Of a stretch of DNA of 64,000 bases, positions 12,941-25,949 are shown piece by piece. How positions within the stretch are numbered: position 1 is the first letter of the stretch; each line of letters starts with the position of its first letter. This stretch comes from Nemertoderma westbladi (taxonomy: Eukaryota > Animalia > Xenacoelomorpha). Made by a program: the position numbers and the translations under genes. The DNA is taken from the NCBI GenBank assembly GCA_032718475.1, contig JAUCBJ010008861.1, positions 8,088 to 72,087 of the forward strand, given 5' to 3'. The notes under the pieces were generated by a model. That model searched no databases and had not been told where the DNA came from. It saw only the letters and a program-made list of their open reading frames with translations.

Positions 12941-15900
12941 AGTAGTATACATTACATGTCCCCCCGCACAAGGTCACCCGTAGCCCATCATTACCATCCA
13001 TTTCTAGTACTGCAGCCAATCAGAAGCCACCATTTCAACCATTAGCAGTGGTCGTTATTATTTCAACCAATCAGATTACAGCATTTCAACCGTAACCATG
13101 GTAACTTCTCAAGTTCCCGCTTATTCCGCTAGAGGCGTTATTAGTCCCCCGACGCTAGTACTGCATCCAATCACCAACCTTTATTTTACAGGTGTTCGGG
13201 TGTCTACACTTAGCATCAGGTAACGTCTACTATTTTTCAAATCGCTATTTTTCACCAGTAACTAAATTTAATTTTGCAATTTTTCAGATAACAAAATATT
13301 CAACAGGGTTCGAACCCGGGACCGATATAACTCCCCACATTTCTCCACTCACTCTCCCATCCAACCACGAGAGAAAAAGGCGATAAATATCCGAGTTATA
13401 GCTGTTGAATGCCAAGTAATAATTATTCAATATCGATTTATTCATCATAACTGGTCGCAGATGTTTACAAATAGCTTGTGGTAGTATCAATTATAAATTA
13501 TTGTTCATTGAATTCTATACTATAGCATATACCACCAACGAGATCCAATTATTCTAATGATTTCGATAGCATAAAATGCATATTAATTAATACGAAATAC
13601 ATCTAACTAATAATAATAATATACTTGTTCTACATACATTATCAGTACAATATTGACAGGTTAATTACGTTTGAATATAAGATGGAATGATAATTAATGT
13701 TTAGATCTAGGGTATTGATTGTTGTGAGTATGTGCTAGATATAGCAGTAATAGTGTTATTCGATATGTAACATTATGAAACAATGTCTCATGTATACACT
13801 GTAGTGTTGCAACTATGTGTAGGTAAGTCAATGTGTCAGTGTTAATATAGTATATTACATTTTTTTATAATATATTGGTTCTACAGAGTGATGCTGGGTT
13901 TTAGCACTATTAATTTGACATTTTTTTTATTGCGAAATTAGATTCACTGAAAAATTCCATTAATAAACTTTGCGAGACATTCCTTAACTATTCTTTGACA
14001 ACAAATTGTCTATCTATCTATTTTGAGTAAAAAATGTGAAAATTAAAATGCAAGTCTTAAAAACTGAGTAAGTACTGTTATATATTTATTTAAAAATATG
14101 AAATTTCGTCAGTAAATGCGAGACTGCTGTAATCATCTATTTTTTTAGTAAAAAATAATAAACTTACTGTATATATGTTTAAAACCAAGCATCATGCTAC
14201 AGAAAAAATATTAACTTAAAATTCTTCACAAACTTAATAGAATTTGATGTCATGTTGCAGATCATCCTTCACATGCTGCCTATGGCAACTGATTTCACTT
14301 CTCTGCAAAATATTACACGTATTTCCAGCATCTTTGAAATTTAGGTCTCCAGTTGTGATACTCGGAGCCAGCTTAAAAACGATTCCTAGCCATATGACTT
14401 CTGTTGGATCGGTTGTAATACCTGTTGTCATAGGTTATGTCACATTGGTCATTACTGGGGTACGAGGTATGTTCAGATTGGTCTCTTAGATGAGGGTTTG
14501 GGAAGTGTTGATGTGGATAATCGTGTCTACTCACTCTGTGCTTCTGATACTGCTGGTATGTTTGACTTTGGTATCGAGATGGTTCTGGGGTATGTCTCCA
14601 AGAGTTCCTCACATACTCAGTATACCTATTATTATCTTGCGGGATAGATTAATATTGATTACCATTATAGTTAGCTTGATTGTTATTGTGCCAGTATGAT
14701 TCCCTAGAGGTTTTGTAGTGTAGATCAAACCCTTTATTATTCCGCTTCATATCTGTGCTGCTTCTACTGCTTCCGAAGGGGTGCTTCGTTGGGTTTCTTG
14801 TTCGTATCTCGTTTGATGTTGCTTAAAGATGTTGTGTTCATTCTTGTTACTACCTTGTGATTTTCTTAGATTGACAGTTTCTTTGGAAACATTATTTAGA
14901 TTTGCCAAGAAATCAGTCTGTTGTTGTAGAAGTATGGCAATTTTGGTATCATTATCTAGTTCACTATATTTGTTTTCAGTCCTAATGTTGTGCAGCATCT
15001 GGATCTTTGATTTGAAGGTTGGTTTGGCAGGTCTTTTTGGTTCTTGCTAGGTGTCTTTGTTTTTGAGGACTTGTTCTAGAGTAGAGAGACATTTCATTGA
15101 TGGGTTTGTGATTATTACAGAGTCTTTTCTTATGTTTGTTGGTACCTGACTTCCTTGCAGGGATTCACCTTTCTTTTCCTTTATGCTGTATGAGTAAGTA
15201 GGATCTATTTCAGTTTCATTTGGATTGTCTGATATATTATCTACTGTTATATACTCATCAGTCTCTGATGGCGAAGATATGTCAGTTGTAGAAGTTGTGG
15301 ACTTCTAGATATGTCAATTGTAGAAGTTGTGGACTTTTTCTAAGCCAAGTGGCACTAGGGACCTAGCAAAAATTTCTTTTGGATTTTGCATGATGCTCTC
15401 CACCCTGGCTGTTTCAATGAATTAATATGATGTCATAGCTTTGCTGAGTTTTGTCAGAGTCATATTCAGTGCCTCTGTTGATGTTTCCTTTGGTTGTGTC
15501 TTCGGGGAATTCATAGTTGGATTCCTCGGATTTGGTTCTTGATAAATAAACTGCTGCCTGAGCCTAATACTGTATTATTATGTGCTTCACTGTCACAGCC
15601 GATTTCAATAGCAACAGGCTTTGTGTAGGGAAGGTTATCTAATGAATTGGTGCGACGATGATTGCGTTGGTTAATCTTGCTAGCCTTTCAAGTGTTATGA
15701 TGTTCCGTTCCCTTCTTTTGGGAAGCAGATTGAGAAGTGTATACTGGTTGTGTAATTCGAAAATCTTTCCTACATGTTCTTAGCCACCCAGTTTCGAACA
15801 GCTATGCTTCTCTCCTTGGGATTGATTGGAGGGCAAGATGAATGGCTTTTCAAGAAGAATGAATTTTTTTTGGCTTATGAAATTTCTTCAGTAAATGCGA

Positions 15901-17330
15901 GACTGCTGTAATCATCTATTTTTTTAGTAAAAAATAATAAACTTACAGTATATATGTTGAAAACCTGTTTTCAGTTAATAAGTTTGTGAAGAATTTTAAG
16001 TAAATAGTATATAAGTTAATATTGTTTCTATAGGGTGATGTTTGGTTTTAAACATATATACTGTAAGATTATTATTTTTTACTAAAAAAATAGCTGATTA
16101 CAACAGTCTCACATTTACTGACGAAATTTCATATTTTTAAATAAATATAACAGTACTTACTCAGTTTTAAAGCTTACATTTTAATTTTCACATTTTTTAC
16201 TCAAAATAAATACTGTAGATAGACAGTTTGTTGTCAAAGAATAGTTGAGGAATGTCTCGCAAAGTTTATTCATGGAATTTTTCAGTGAATCTAATTTCGC
16301 AAAAAAAAATATCAAATTAGTAGTGCTAAAACCCAGCATCACTCTGTAGAAACAATATATTATAAAAAATTTAATATTGTTGCCAAACGACCATACAAGT
16401 AAAGGTGGAAATAGCTACTTTCCAACAAACTATGGAGAAATTATTGAACGGCATTTCAACTGACACTACAGTGTATACATGAGACATTGTTTCATAATGT
16501 TACATATCGAATAACACTATTACTGCTATATCTAGCACATACTCACAACAATCAATACCCTAGATCTAAACATTAATTATCATTCCATCTTATATTCAAA
16601 CGTAATTAACCTGTCAATATTGTACTGATAATGTATGTAGAACAAGTATTATTATTATTAGTTAGATGTATTTCGTATTAATTAATATGCATTTTATGCT
16701 ATCGAAATCATTAGAATAATTGGATCTCGTTGGTGGTGGCATATGCTATAGTATAGAATTCAATGAACAATAATTTATAATTGATACTACCACAAGCTAT
16801 TTGTAAACATCTGCGACCAGTTATGATGAATAAATCGATATTGAATAATTATTACTTGGCATTCAACAGCTATAACTCGGATATTTATCGCCTTTTTCTC
16901 TCGTGGTTGGATGGGAGAGTGAGTGGAGAAATGTGGGGAGTTATATCGGTCCCGGGTTCGAACCCTGTTGAATATTTTGTTATCTGAAAAATTGCAAAAT
17001 TAAATTTAGTTACTGGTGAAAAATAGCGATTTGAAAAATAGTAGACGTTACCTGATGCTAAGTGTAGACACCCGAACACCTGTAAAATAAAGGTTGGTGA
17101 TTGGATGCAGTACTAGCGTCGGGGGACTAATAACGCCTCTAGCGGAATAAGCGGGAACTTGAGAAGTTACCATGGTTACGGTTGAAATGCTGTAATCTGA
17201 TTGGTTGAAATAATAACGACCACTGCTAATGGTTGAAATGGTGGCTTCTGATTGGCTGCAGTACTAGAAATGGATGGTAATGATGGGCTACGGGTGACCT
17301 TGTGCGGGGGGACATGTAATGTATACTACT
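12941..17330. mobile_element. Non-autonomous Polinton/Maverick-like element with ~1.3-kb TIRs
   Basis: Termini AGTAGT...ACTACT; 6-bp TSD AGCATT (12935-12940 and 17331-17336); mirror ORFs 13192/16885 and 13284/16781; no pPolB, integrase or capsid genes. Confidence 0.85.
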
Positions 17331-17339
17331 AGCATTTAA

Positions 17340-19185
17340 CCCTATTAAAGTATTAAACCCGGGGGGGGTGACCACCCCGTGGTTTTTTTTATTATAATAC
17401 TGAAACTAACGCAGTTGGGAATCTGAAATTTTATGACTTTTCCTAAAAATCTATTGTCTTCCTAGTAGTGAAAATCGTTTTAAAAAATATTGTGTAGTTT
17501 TCGAGTTATAGCACCATTTTTTAACCCTACATTTGGCACTTTTTTTGAGACGTTTTTTGAAAATTACATTTCATTAAATATTAATTGTAACATCTCTATT
17601 TTTGATTTACACCGGTTTTTTGGTGTTAGCAATTGGATGGAATTCATATAAATTGATTTAGAATTTTCAAACTTGTTTTTTTCGGCGGGTGCCAAATTTT
17701 GGTGCCAGCACCAAATTTTGAAATATGTCAATTTTGTAAATTGATTGTTTGAAACTTGTTTTTTACGCAATTGGGGTTTTTTGGGGTTCTGGTTTTGATG
17801 AAATATATACGAGTTGCACCAAGCGTATCAAACTTGTATTTTTCGGTGCTGTGTGCAAATTTTGGTGCTAGCACGAAACTTTGAAAATCCACTCAACAGA
17901 TAAAATTGGTTGTGACAATTTATTTCTTGCATTTTAGAGTTTTATGGCAGTTCTGAATTCATTGGACTATATAATTATCGAACTAGACATCTCAAACTTG
18001 TATTTCTCGGAAGTGGGTGCAAAATTTGGTGCTAGCACCAAATTTTGAAAACCATCAAATATATCAATTGATTGTGTCATCTTGTTTCTTGCGTTATACG
18101 GGTTTGTTAGGGTTCTGAATTCAATGGAATCAGTAAAAATTTCATAAGAATTTTCAAACTTGTATTTTTCGCCGGTGGGTGAAAATTGTTGTTTTGCACC
18201 AAATTTTGGAAAATGAGTAAATTGATCAATAGATAGTATCATCTTGATTCTTGCGTTATACGGGTTTATGAGAGTCCTGAATCCGATTGAAACAATAAAA
18301 ACAACACTGGACATCGCAAACTGGTACTTTTTGGTGATGGGTACGAAATTTGGTGCTAGCACCAAAATTTGCCAAATTACGCCGAAAAATACAAGTAGCA
18401 ATGATCTGGCATATTTGAAATGTATTCCATTAGAATCAGCGCCCTAGAAAATCGAAAAATGTGAATTTATGGCATCGTATAAGTGAATTAAAAATTTTGT
18501 GTTCTAACTGAAAAGTGCTGGTTACTTGTTTTTTTCATTTTTTTCGTACGCATAGAGGACTAAACAGCCATTTATGGTAATCATATCATTTTTAAATGTT
18601 TTCCAATGTATTTTGCGCCCCAGAAAACCTGTATTGAAAAACAATTAGCCGAAAAATGTAACTTGATCGTAAATGAAACATATGATCTGGCATATTTGAA
18701 ATGTATTCCATTAGAATCAGCGCCCTAGAAAACCTAAAAATGTGAATTTATGGCATCGTATAAGTGAATTAAAAATTTTGTGTTCTAACTGAAAAGTGCT
18801 GGTTACTTGTTTTTTTCATTTTTTTCCTACGCATAGAGGACTAAACAGCCATTTATGGTAATCATATCATTTTTAAATGTTTTCCAATGTATTTTGCGCC
18901 CCAGAAAACCTGTATTGAAAAACAATTAGCCGAAAAATGTAACTTTCAAATTTTGTGAAAAATGTGCACTACTTGTAATTTTGGTGCTGCAATATTACCA
19001 CCCCAGTACATTTTTTCGAAAATTTTTTTTCTCGGTCGGATCCAGACTAGTGATACCTAAGTACAAACAAAAAATCAGACGTTTTCGTTAATATTTGGAG
19101 ATTTTAGAGGGATGGGTCAATATGACCCCCCCCCCCCCCCCCCCCCGGTATTTGTACAGCATTTTATAGCCCGGTACTAATAGGG
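17340..19185. mobile_element. piggyBac-like non-autonomous element (MITE)
   Basis: TTAA|CCCTATTA...TAATAGGG|TTAA; internal ~120-bp subrepeats (aaacttgtattttt...ttttggtgctagcacc) and a ~260-bp tandem duplication (about 18402-18663 / 18683-18943). Confidence 0.85.
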
Positions 19186-19511
19186 TTAAATACCGGTATG
19201 ACACCAAAATATTTCTTGAATCTAATTCAAAAAATTCAAAAAAAATAAATCTGTCACCCAATAATATTTCCAATTGTATATATATATAGCCCAAATCAGC
19301 CTAATTTTATTTTTAAATTTTATATATCCACTGGCGCGTGGCTACACCTTCAGGTTGCGACACTCTCTCCTTCCTCCAACTGAGCGATCCAAAACACCAT
19401 GGCCGGCTGAACCTAACTAACCTAACTAATAAACTGAGTTCAGTCTCGCAGTCAAACAACCGGTAATTTTTTACTGCTTCCTCAAATACAACGGTACCAA
19501 CAGAACAACTA

Positions 19512-20315
19512 TAATTATTATTATTATTTAATCACAAATGTTTAAAAGAGAGGAGAAAAACATGGTAATAAAAAACAACTAGTTTATTGCACGAGTATAA
19601 ACAGGTACAAGGGAAAACTTACAGTTGTCGCCTCTCAATAAGACACAGATAGAATTGGTATGACGAAATATGGCACAAAATACGAAATAAAAATAAAAAC
19701 AGACTCATATTAAAAAACAGACAAAATCAAAAAGTTAAAGAGGTTTATACTACTTTATAGATTCCTGTTAAATTTACAAAAGGGTAGCAAATCAATGATA
19801 TTAAGGTTATGTGAAAATACGTCTAAGCTGTGCGATTTTACAACTTCACTTGGAAGCGAGTTCCAAATATCAACTACACGAAAAGCAAAATAATTTTTTA
19901 CACATAAGTAGACGAGACTGCCGATGGTGCAGTTTGCGAGATTGACCTCGAAGTCCAGATCTCAAAGCTCTAGTAAAGAACTAATAAAAATTTAAATCTA
20001 CGGAGCCTGTAAAAATTTGGTAGGTCATTTTTAAATCAAAGATTATTCGCCGGGATTCAAGCGGTTCTAGATTTAGAACCTTTAAATGATCATCATACGG
20101 CAAATAATCATACTTGCAGCGAGTAAATAAACGGCGAGAAAAATATCTTTGGACCCTCTCAACAAGGTCAATACTTCCCAAATGATAAGGCGACCAAACT
20201 GGTGAACAGTATTCCAAAATTGGACGAACATAAGATATAAAGGATGTAAGCAGAGAGCAGTGCGATTTGCAGTATAAAATCACTTAAAAATCATATTTAC
20301 CAATTTAAAAGCTTT
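19512..20315 (-). mobile_element. 5'-truncated CR1/L2-clade LINE 3' end
   Basis: YVRPILEYCSPVWSPY...LVERVQRYF...LNLEPLESRR and FRVVDIWNSLP motifs; (TAA)n tail at about 19512-19530. Confidence 0.9.
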
Positions 20316-20371
20316 AGTGGGCTGAAGACGACAGTGCTTATCAAAACTGAGATTACTACACTTACTTACAC

Positions 20372-23070
20372 TTACAATATTAAATGTGTTAATCATATAT
20401 TATCTTACATTACTGGTTTACCGGTCAGTTGTGTTATTCAGTTCAGTCAGTGCAGACTGGTCATAGTTAATGACCGCCACTGCCATACCGGTAACATCTG
20501 TATCTTAATCTGTATTTTCTGCGCATTTACTGGCGTGCTATTATCGTCCATGTTAATTAATATCGAAAGACAACAGAAACTTTCACTGTTTTTCCCAAAC
20601 GGCCTCGGCCAAAGCTAGTAGCACGATCCCCAGCAGAACGGTGACGCGTACTTTAACAACCCGGTCGGGATCTCTGATCCCGTCACAGTCATTAACTGCC
20701 ACCTGCCAATAAACTGTGACTGCAAGAACAAAGAAAAATAGAAAGATGGCGGAGGAAGGAACACCCCGATTATCAGAGGGAGAGAGGACGCCGCCGTGGA
20801 CCCCGGACGACACTAACCAAACGATCCGAGAGGCCGCGACGCGACGGTATCAGCCAGCTACGCCGCATTCACCGACGAGGGACGATCCGGTAGCCCAAGC
20901 GGAGGGGGGCTGTCAACCACGAGGGAGAGACGAGTCGACGCACGACGGCGGTCGGAGTACCGAAGTCACCGGCCAGCCACAGGCCGAGGGTGATGGACGG
21001 CCCACCGGAACAGCGATGGTGGGGCCGCCAGTATGATGCCGGACGAGGAGAGGAGGAGGAGTCGGAGAAGAGGACGTCGGGATGAGTGATCGGCTACGAC
21101 GGGCCTACAACGCCACCAAGAAACTGCTTAAGGAGGCCAAGGAAGGGAGAAAGGTAAACCAGCCTAAACTACATCAGAGGCTAGGTGAGTCGAATAAACA
21201 TTTTCGATATTTAGTCCGTTTTGGACAGGGAGAACTGGCGAGTGAGAGAGCGAGGGGGGTCGCCATGGAAATGTTTGAATTGTGGCGGTCCGGGGTAATG
21301 GAGCCTGAAGTAGTGTACGTAGGGCCTTATTTAGTGGATGCTAGGGGAATTAAGTTAGTGGGTTGGGGGGTCCTGCACGACGGCGAACCCGAGGTTAACC
21401 CTGAGGATTTGGTATCGTCGGTTAGCAAGAACCCCAGAAAGCAGGGGAAAGTTAGTAGGACAGAGAGGCGACGGGAGTCCGTCGCGACCGATAAGTCCGC
21501 TACATCCACTACATCCGCTAGTTACGCAGGGAGTAGTGGGGGTGAGTCAACCCAACGGGAGCCTGCAAGGCCACGCAGTCGCACAGGGAGAGGCGGGGTG
21601 AGTAGACCCAACAGGAGTGGAGATAGTGCATCGACTAGAGAGGGGCGTAGAAGCGAAGTAGGAGGTAGCGAAGTAAGAGGTGGCAAAGGGGGGGGGGGGG
21701 AGCTACGGGCACCCCACCATGAGAAATTAGTGGCAAAAGGGGGGGGGGCAGAGAATGTCCCACAAGCGTCGGCGGATAATGCGTGGGGCGAGTTAGGTGA
21801 ACCACGACACCCGATGGCAGAGAATAGTAGGGGGATTGCTAGTATCCCCAGGAGCGTCCAACCGGGTAAAGAGAGAGAGGTTGGCGCCGTGAGCAGGCAA
21901 GCGACGAGACGCCGAGCCCAGTCAGAAGACGGAAGAAGACAGTGGAGTTTATCCAGGAGGTTGAAGCGAGATCTCACAAAGGGGATCGCTACACAGAAGA
22001 GAGAAGAAGTGAAGAGAATAGAAGAAGCGTTGCTACGAGCAACTGGAGAGCAAGGATGGACAGTGAATCGTCGGCAGTAGAGATGGAGAGTCAGTGGAGA
22101 GTCAGTGGGGTCAAACTCCGGGAGATTGCCGTCGCCCCGGAGAGACACAGCCTGGTGAGATATATCACACACAGGTAGAAGGGTACTGGAAGTACCGGTG
22201 CGAGGACGAGGACAGAAGAGGGGATCGCAGATTGTGAAGGGGCATTAAATGGTAAGCCATTACGTGTACCGAAGGATGACCGGGGGTCATCAGGGGCCTT
22301 AATGCCGACGCACATATTGAGGGGGAGGCTAGCAGAGGTAGCATGTACCAGTGAGGATGACATGAAGGGTGGCATTCAACCGCCAAGTGACGACAAGATG
22401 GAGGGTGGCATTTTGCTGCCAGGGGACCAAGATGAGATCGGTGAGATGACAGAAAGACCCGATTTAACAATGGAAGAGAAGGGAAGGTCAGTTGCAAGAG
22501 AGTTGGAATTGACAAGGAGAGTGGGGCGAAGAATAAGAGGACCTATAGGGGGGCAGTGGGAGAGTTGCCTGCTGGAAGAATCACCCTTAGGTTGTTGAGT
22601 CGTCCAAAAAGTTGGACTGAAGGGGGGTGAAAATGGAAGAGTCAGATCCGTGGAAGTGAGAATAGGAGGCAAGATAGGAGCCAAAGATAGGAAGACCTAC
22701 AGGAGGGCTGTGGGAAAGTGCTGCCTGTTTGAAGGGGCACCTTAGAGTTTAGTCGTCCAATATGTTGGACTGAGGGGGGGTGGGAATGAGGGCGAGACGC
22801 CCTTCCCACACAAAATATAAAAAAATAATAAGCAAATAAAATAAGAAGCGAGATAGTAGAAAGTTAGAAAATAATAGTAGTAGATAGTACGTAGCACTAA
22901 GTAGTAGTTAGAAGTTAGGGAGTGTGGTATATTGACATATCACGAGAGTAGTAGCGGGGTACATAGTACCCTAGCAGTAGGGTAAATATTACAGTAAGAA
23001 GCCAGAAGTTAGAAGTTACGGAGTGTTGTATATTGACGTACCACGAGAGTAGTAGCGGGGTACATAGTAC
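20372..23070 (+). mobile_element. Second, internally deleted copy of BEL/Pao family A (partial 5' LTR, PBS, gag pieces, intergenic repeats)
   Basis: Inverted homology to 11100-12235, 9600-10320 and 5990-6500; LTR end TCACA at 20687 followed by GTCATTAACT. Confidence 0.85.
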
Positions 23071-25940
23071 CGGATAGACTTCCCTTGGAAAAGCGCGGTG
23101 CAGTCATTGACTACACGCACCTTGCCAGATTTGTCCGGGTGTTGAACAAAATGAAGTGGCAGGTAAAACGTTTGATCTGTGGTTACCTCTGGATTTAACA
23201 TCCTAATGGCGTATCCCTTTTGGAGATACATCTGAAGTTGCGCACTGTATTGCATATCATCACACAACAGCCGCTGCCGTATTGACTTAAGTCGTCTCAA
23301 AGCAAGCGGGTAGTTGTTAACGAGCTTAGGTTGTCCATGCCGCCACAATATGCCAACTTCGTAGTGGCCATTCGCTTCATAATCTTTAATGACCGTTTTT
23401 CCTGTTCTGACATAGCAGTCTCGTAACTACCGGGTTCTGCTGAGTCCTGTTCCAACCACTTAATGGTCTTCTCAGTCAGCAGTCGGTCAAGCGCTGCTTG
23501 CGCTGTGCCATAGTCCTCGTCTATGTCGTCCTCCGCTGCAGTGGCTAGTGTCCATGAGGCTGGTAGGCTCGCAAGCCTTCCGGTGTCACTAGTCAGCGTT
23601 GAAACGTCGTAAGGAGGTTCGACAACCTTTTGATCTATCAGTAGGCTCGCAAGCCTTCCAAGATCAACGACCGATTTTGAAGCCTGGTGAATGGGGTCAA
23701 TGGCCTTCAGATTTGTCGGTAGGCTCGCAAGCCTTCCAAAACCCTCATTCATCGAGTCATCCACAGCAACAACCCTTTGGTCTTCGGTAGTCAATACAAC
23801 CTGTTTCGCTGCAAGTAGCTGTAAGTCCGTGTGGTCTCATCCAGATCTATTACATCAGTATCAGTTACGTCAGTGGTAGCGACGCAAGTCTGTCGTAGTA
23901 CAGTCTGTACAATTGGACCATAGGAGTGTGAAGGAGAATTAGCTATCATAGTAGTCAATAAACTACACGTGCTCAATACGTCGTCCTCCTGATCACTTAC
24001 CTCTAGTGAATGCACAGGTGCTCTAGTATACCAAACTTTGGGAGTTCTACATGCATAAGGGTTGCCCGCTGTTATAACAGAAGGGCGTGTCTCCCATACT
24101 TTATGCAAGTTAAACTGGTTCGTCCCAATTAACATCGCAATTGAGTGATAATTAACAGGACATTCCGGTATTCCAAGATGTCGGATATACTTACGGTCTT
24201 CAGGTGATTGCTCTGGCACAGGGCCGAGCAGGTTACTAAAGTCCTTCGTAGCTGCAAAGGTCAAATTTCTTACCGAAAGTATTGAGCGTTCCTCCTTGCT
24301 GTGTTCCGCTTTGGAAAGAAGAGTATCTAAGGTTAATTTAACTCTCGTCCACTTTCGTCCTACTGGGCTCCTTCAGCTAAAGGCGCACCCACGAGGCGGA
24401 CGTGTTTCAACCACCCCTGGGGCCAGTCCGACTGATGTTCTTATCAGACCGGGCTGGAGGGTGGCCTGATGCTTCCCGGGTTCTGTTTTCAGTCCCCCGA
24501 TCAGGCGATCACACTGGCACAGCTCGTCGCACGTGTAGCCAGATGTTCGGCTACTGTCTACTTACTGTGGCCTGACTGTACATTGAGCCAACTCAGAGAG
24601 TCAACAAGCAGGTGAACCAGTCGATAGCGATCGAGCACCAAGGTCGCCCTTGGGTCTAACCAACAGTCTTGTCCCACGTGGGTTTGCGCTACCCAACATT
24701 GGAATTTTGACTCGTTTTCACCCGCCTCGCCGGCAGTATTGAGGGGAAGTAAGTTCCACAACAATACTAACTAGCTCGAAAGCTGGGAACAAGTAACCAC
24801 TTACCAGTCACTGTACACATGTACTCAACAGATGTTCACAATATCAAGTACACAACAGAAAACACAAAATCGAACATATACCTTGCACACACAGAGGACA
24901 AAATCGGGAAAGACGAAATCGGGGTCAAAATCAGAGGGGAGAAAATCAGAGGGGAAAAAATTGTATCGACTCATAAGAGAGTTGAGAGTACCTTATTTTG
25001 CCATCACGGCAAAATAACTTTGTGTGCACAAAGTATGCTGGGGCGCAGTAGAGATATGGTCCTACTAATACCAGCGGCATCTGGACCAACTGGCAAGGGA
25101 TACCATACTCATTCGCAGTGGCCACACATACACTCACGTGTACCATGTACCCACAGCAGCAGAAAGCTCAAAGACTCAAACAAATCCCAAAGACCAATCA
25201 GCTGAACATGGAGGCAATAACATATAGTATCAAAAAAACGGAACAACTGATGGCCAAAGGAACCCATCCAAGCCCCAAGCAAACTGCCACTGACGCCTAC
25301 ATACTCATCATAGTTCACACCACATGAACCACAAATCACGCCAAGCCACCACCCCTACTGTGTACAGAACTAGCAGTACGGCAACAGGGCGACTAGATGG
25401 TACCACGGCACCATGTCGATCCATGATTTGTTAGACAATGCACTCCCTTGCACTCAGAGCGATTTAACGTGCCCCTAGACCCTCACGAGTCCACCGCCGC
25501 CTGCTCCCTGCACCCCTATAGAGACCTCACCTCTTTAGGTACAGGGATCGCTCTTTTACCATGCATGCTCCTTACATTATACTGAGCAGTCTTACCTTTA
25601 CGTATAAACGCTTGCTCCCTTGGGTTCCGGTAATCTTTATAGGAATCACGCTAAACCCTTTCAATTGGTTCTGTGTGAGGAGTGTTATCGATGGTTGTTC
25701 CTCCCCTGCATGCATGTAAAAGGTGTCATCTTCCTCCTCATCCTCGTCCGGCGATCCTGATTGATCCATACAATCGGCGTAGAAAGTAAGGATTTCGCGC
25801 GGTGCGCGCTCTTTATAAAGCGCGTCGCATCTAGCCGCTTTATCTGGATGCTCTCATCGAAAGCGTTTAGTTAGAGTATGACTATTCGTGTGGAGTAACG
25901 CGTCGTGGTTATGTCCACATAGAGGACATTGTTGCTGCAG
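23071..25940 (-). pseudogene. Degenerate BEL/Pao gag-end/protease/RT-start fragment related to the 48927-63931 family
   Basis: TFAATKDFSNLLGPVP...WYTRAPV nearly matches ORF 54110-61165; Pao RT N-terminal motif FYLPLHFVQHPDKSGKVRVVND in ORF 23016-23348. Confidence 0.85.
24352..25540. mobile_element. Unclassified ~1.2-kb insertion splitting the protease region
   Basis: Homology to 57150-57200 stops at ~24351 and resumes at ~25541; no recognisable domain inside. Confidence 0.55.
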
Positions 25941-25949
25941 GCATAAATC

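Noticed and set aside
20316-20365. Second hammerhead (CTGAAGA C GACAGTGCTTATC AAAAC)
   Set aside because: The GAAA core reads AAAA and stems I-III pair poorly; at best a dead relic
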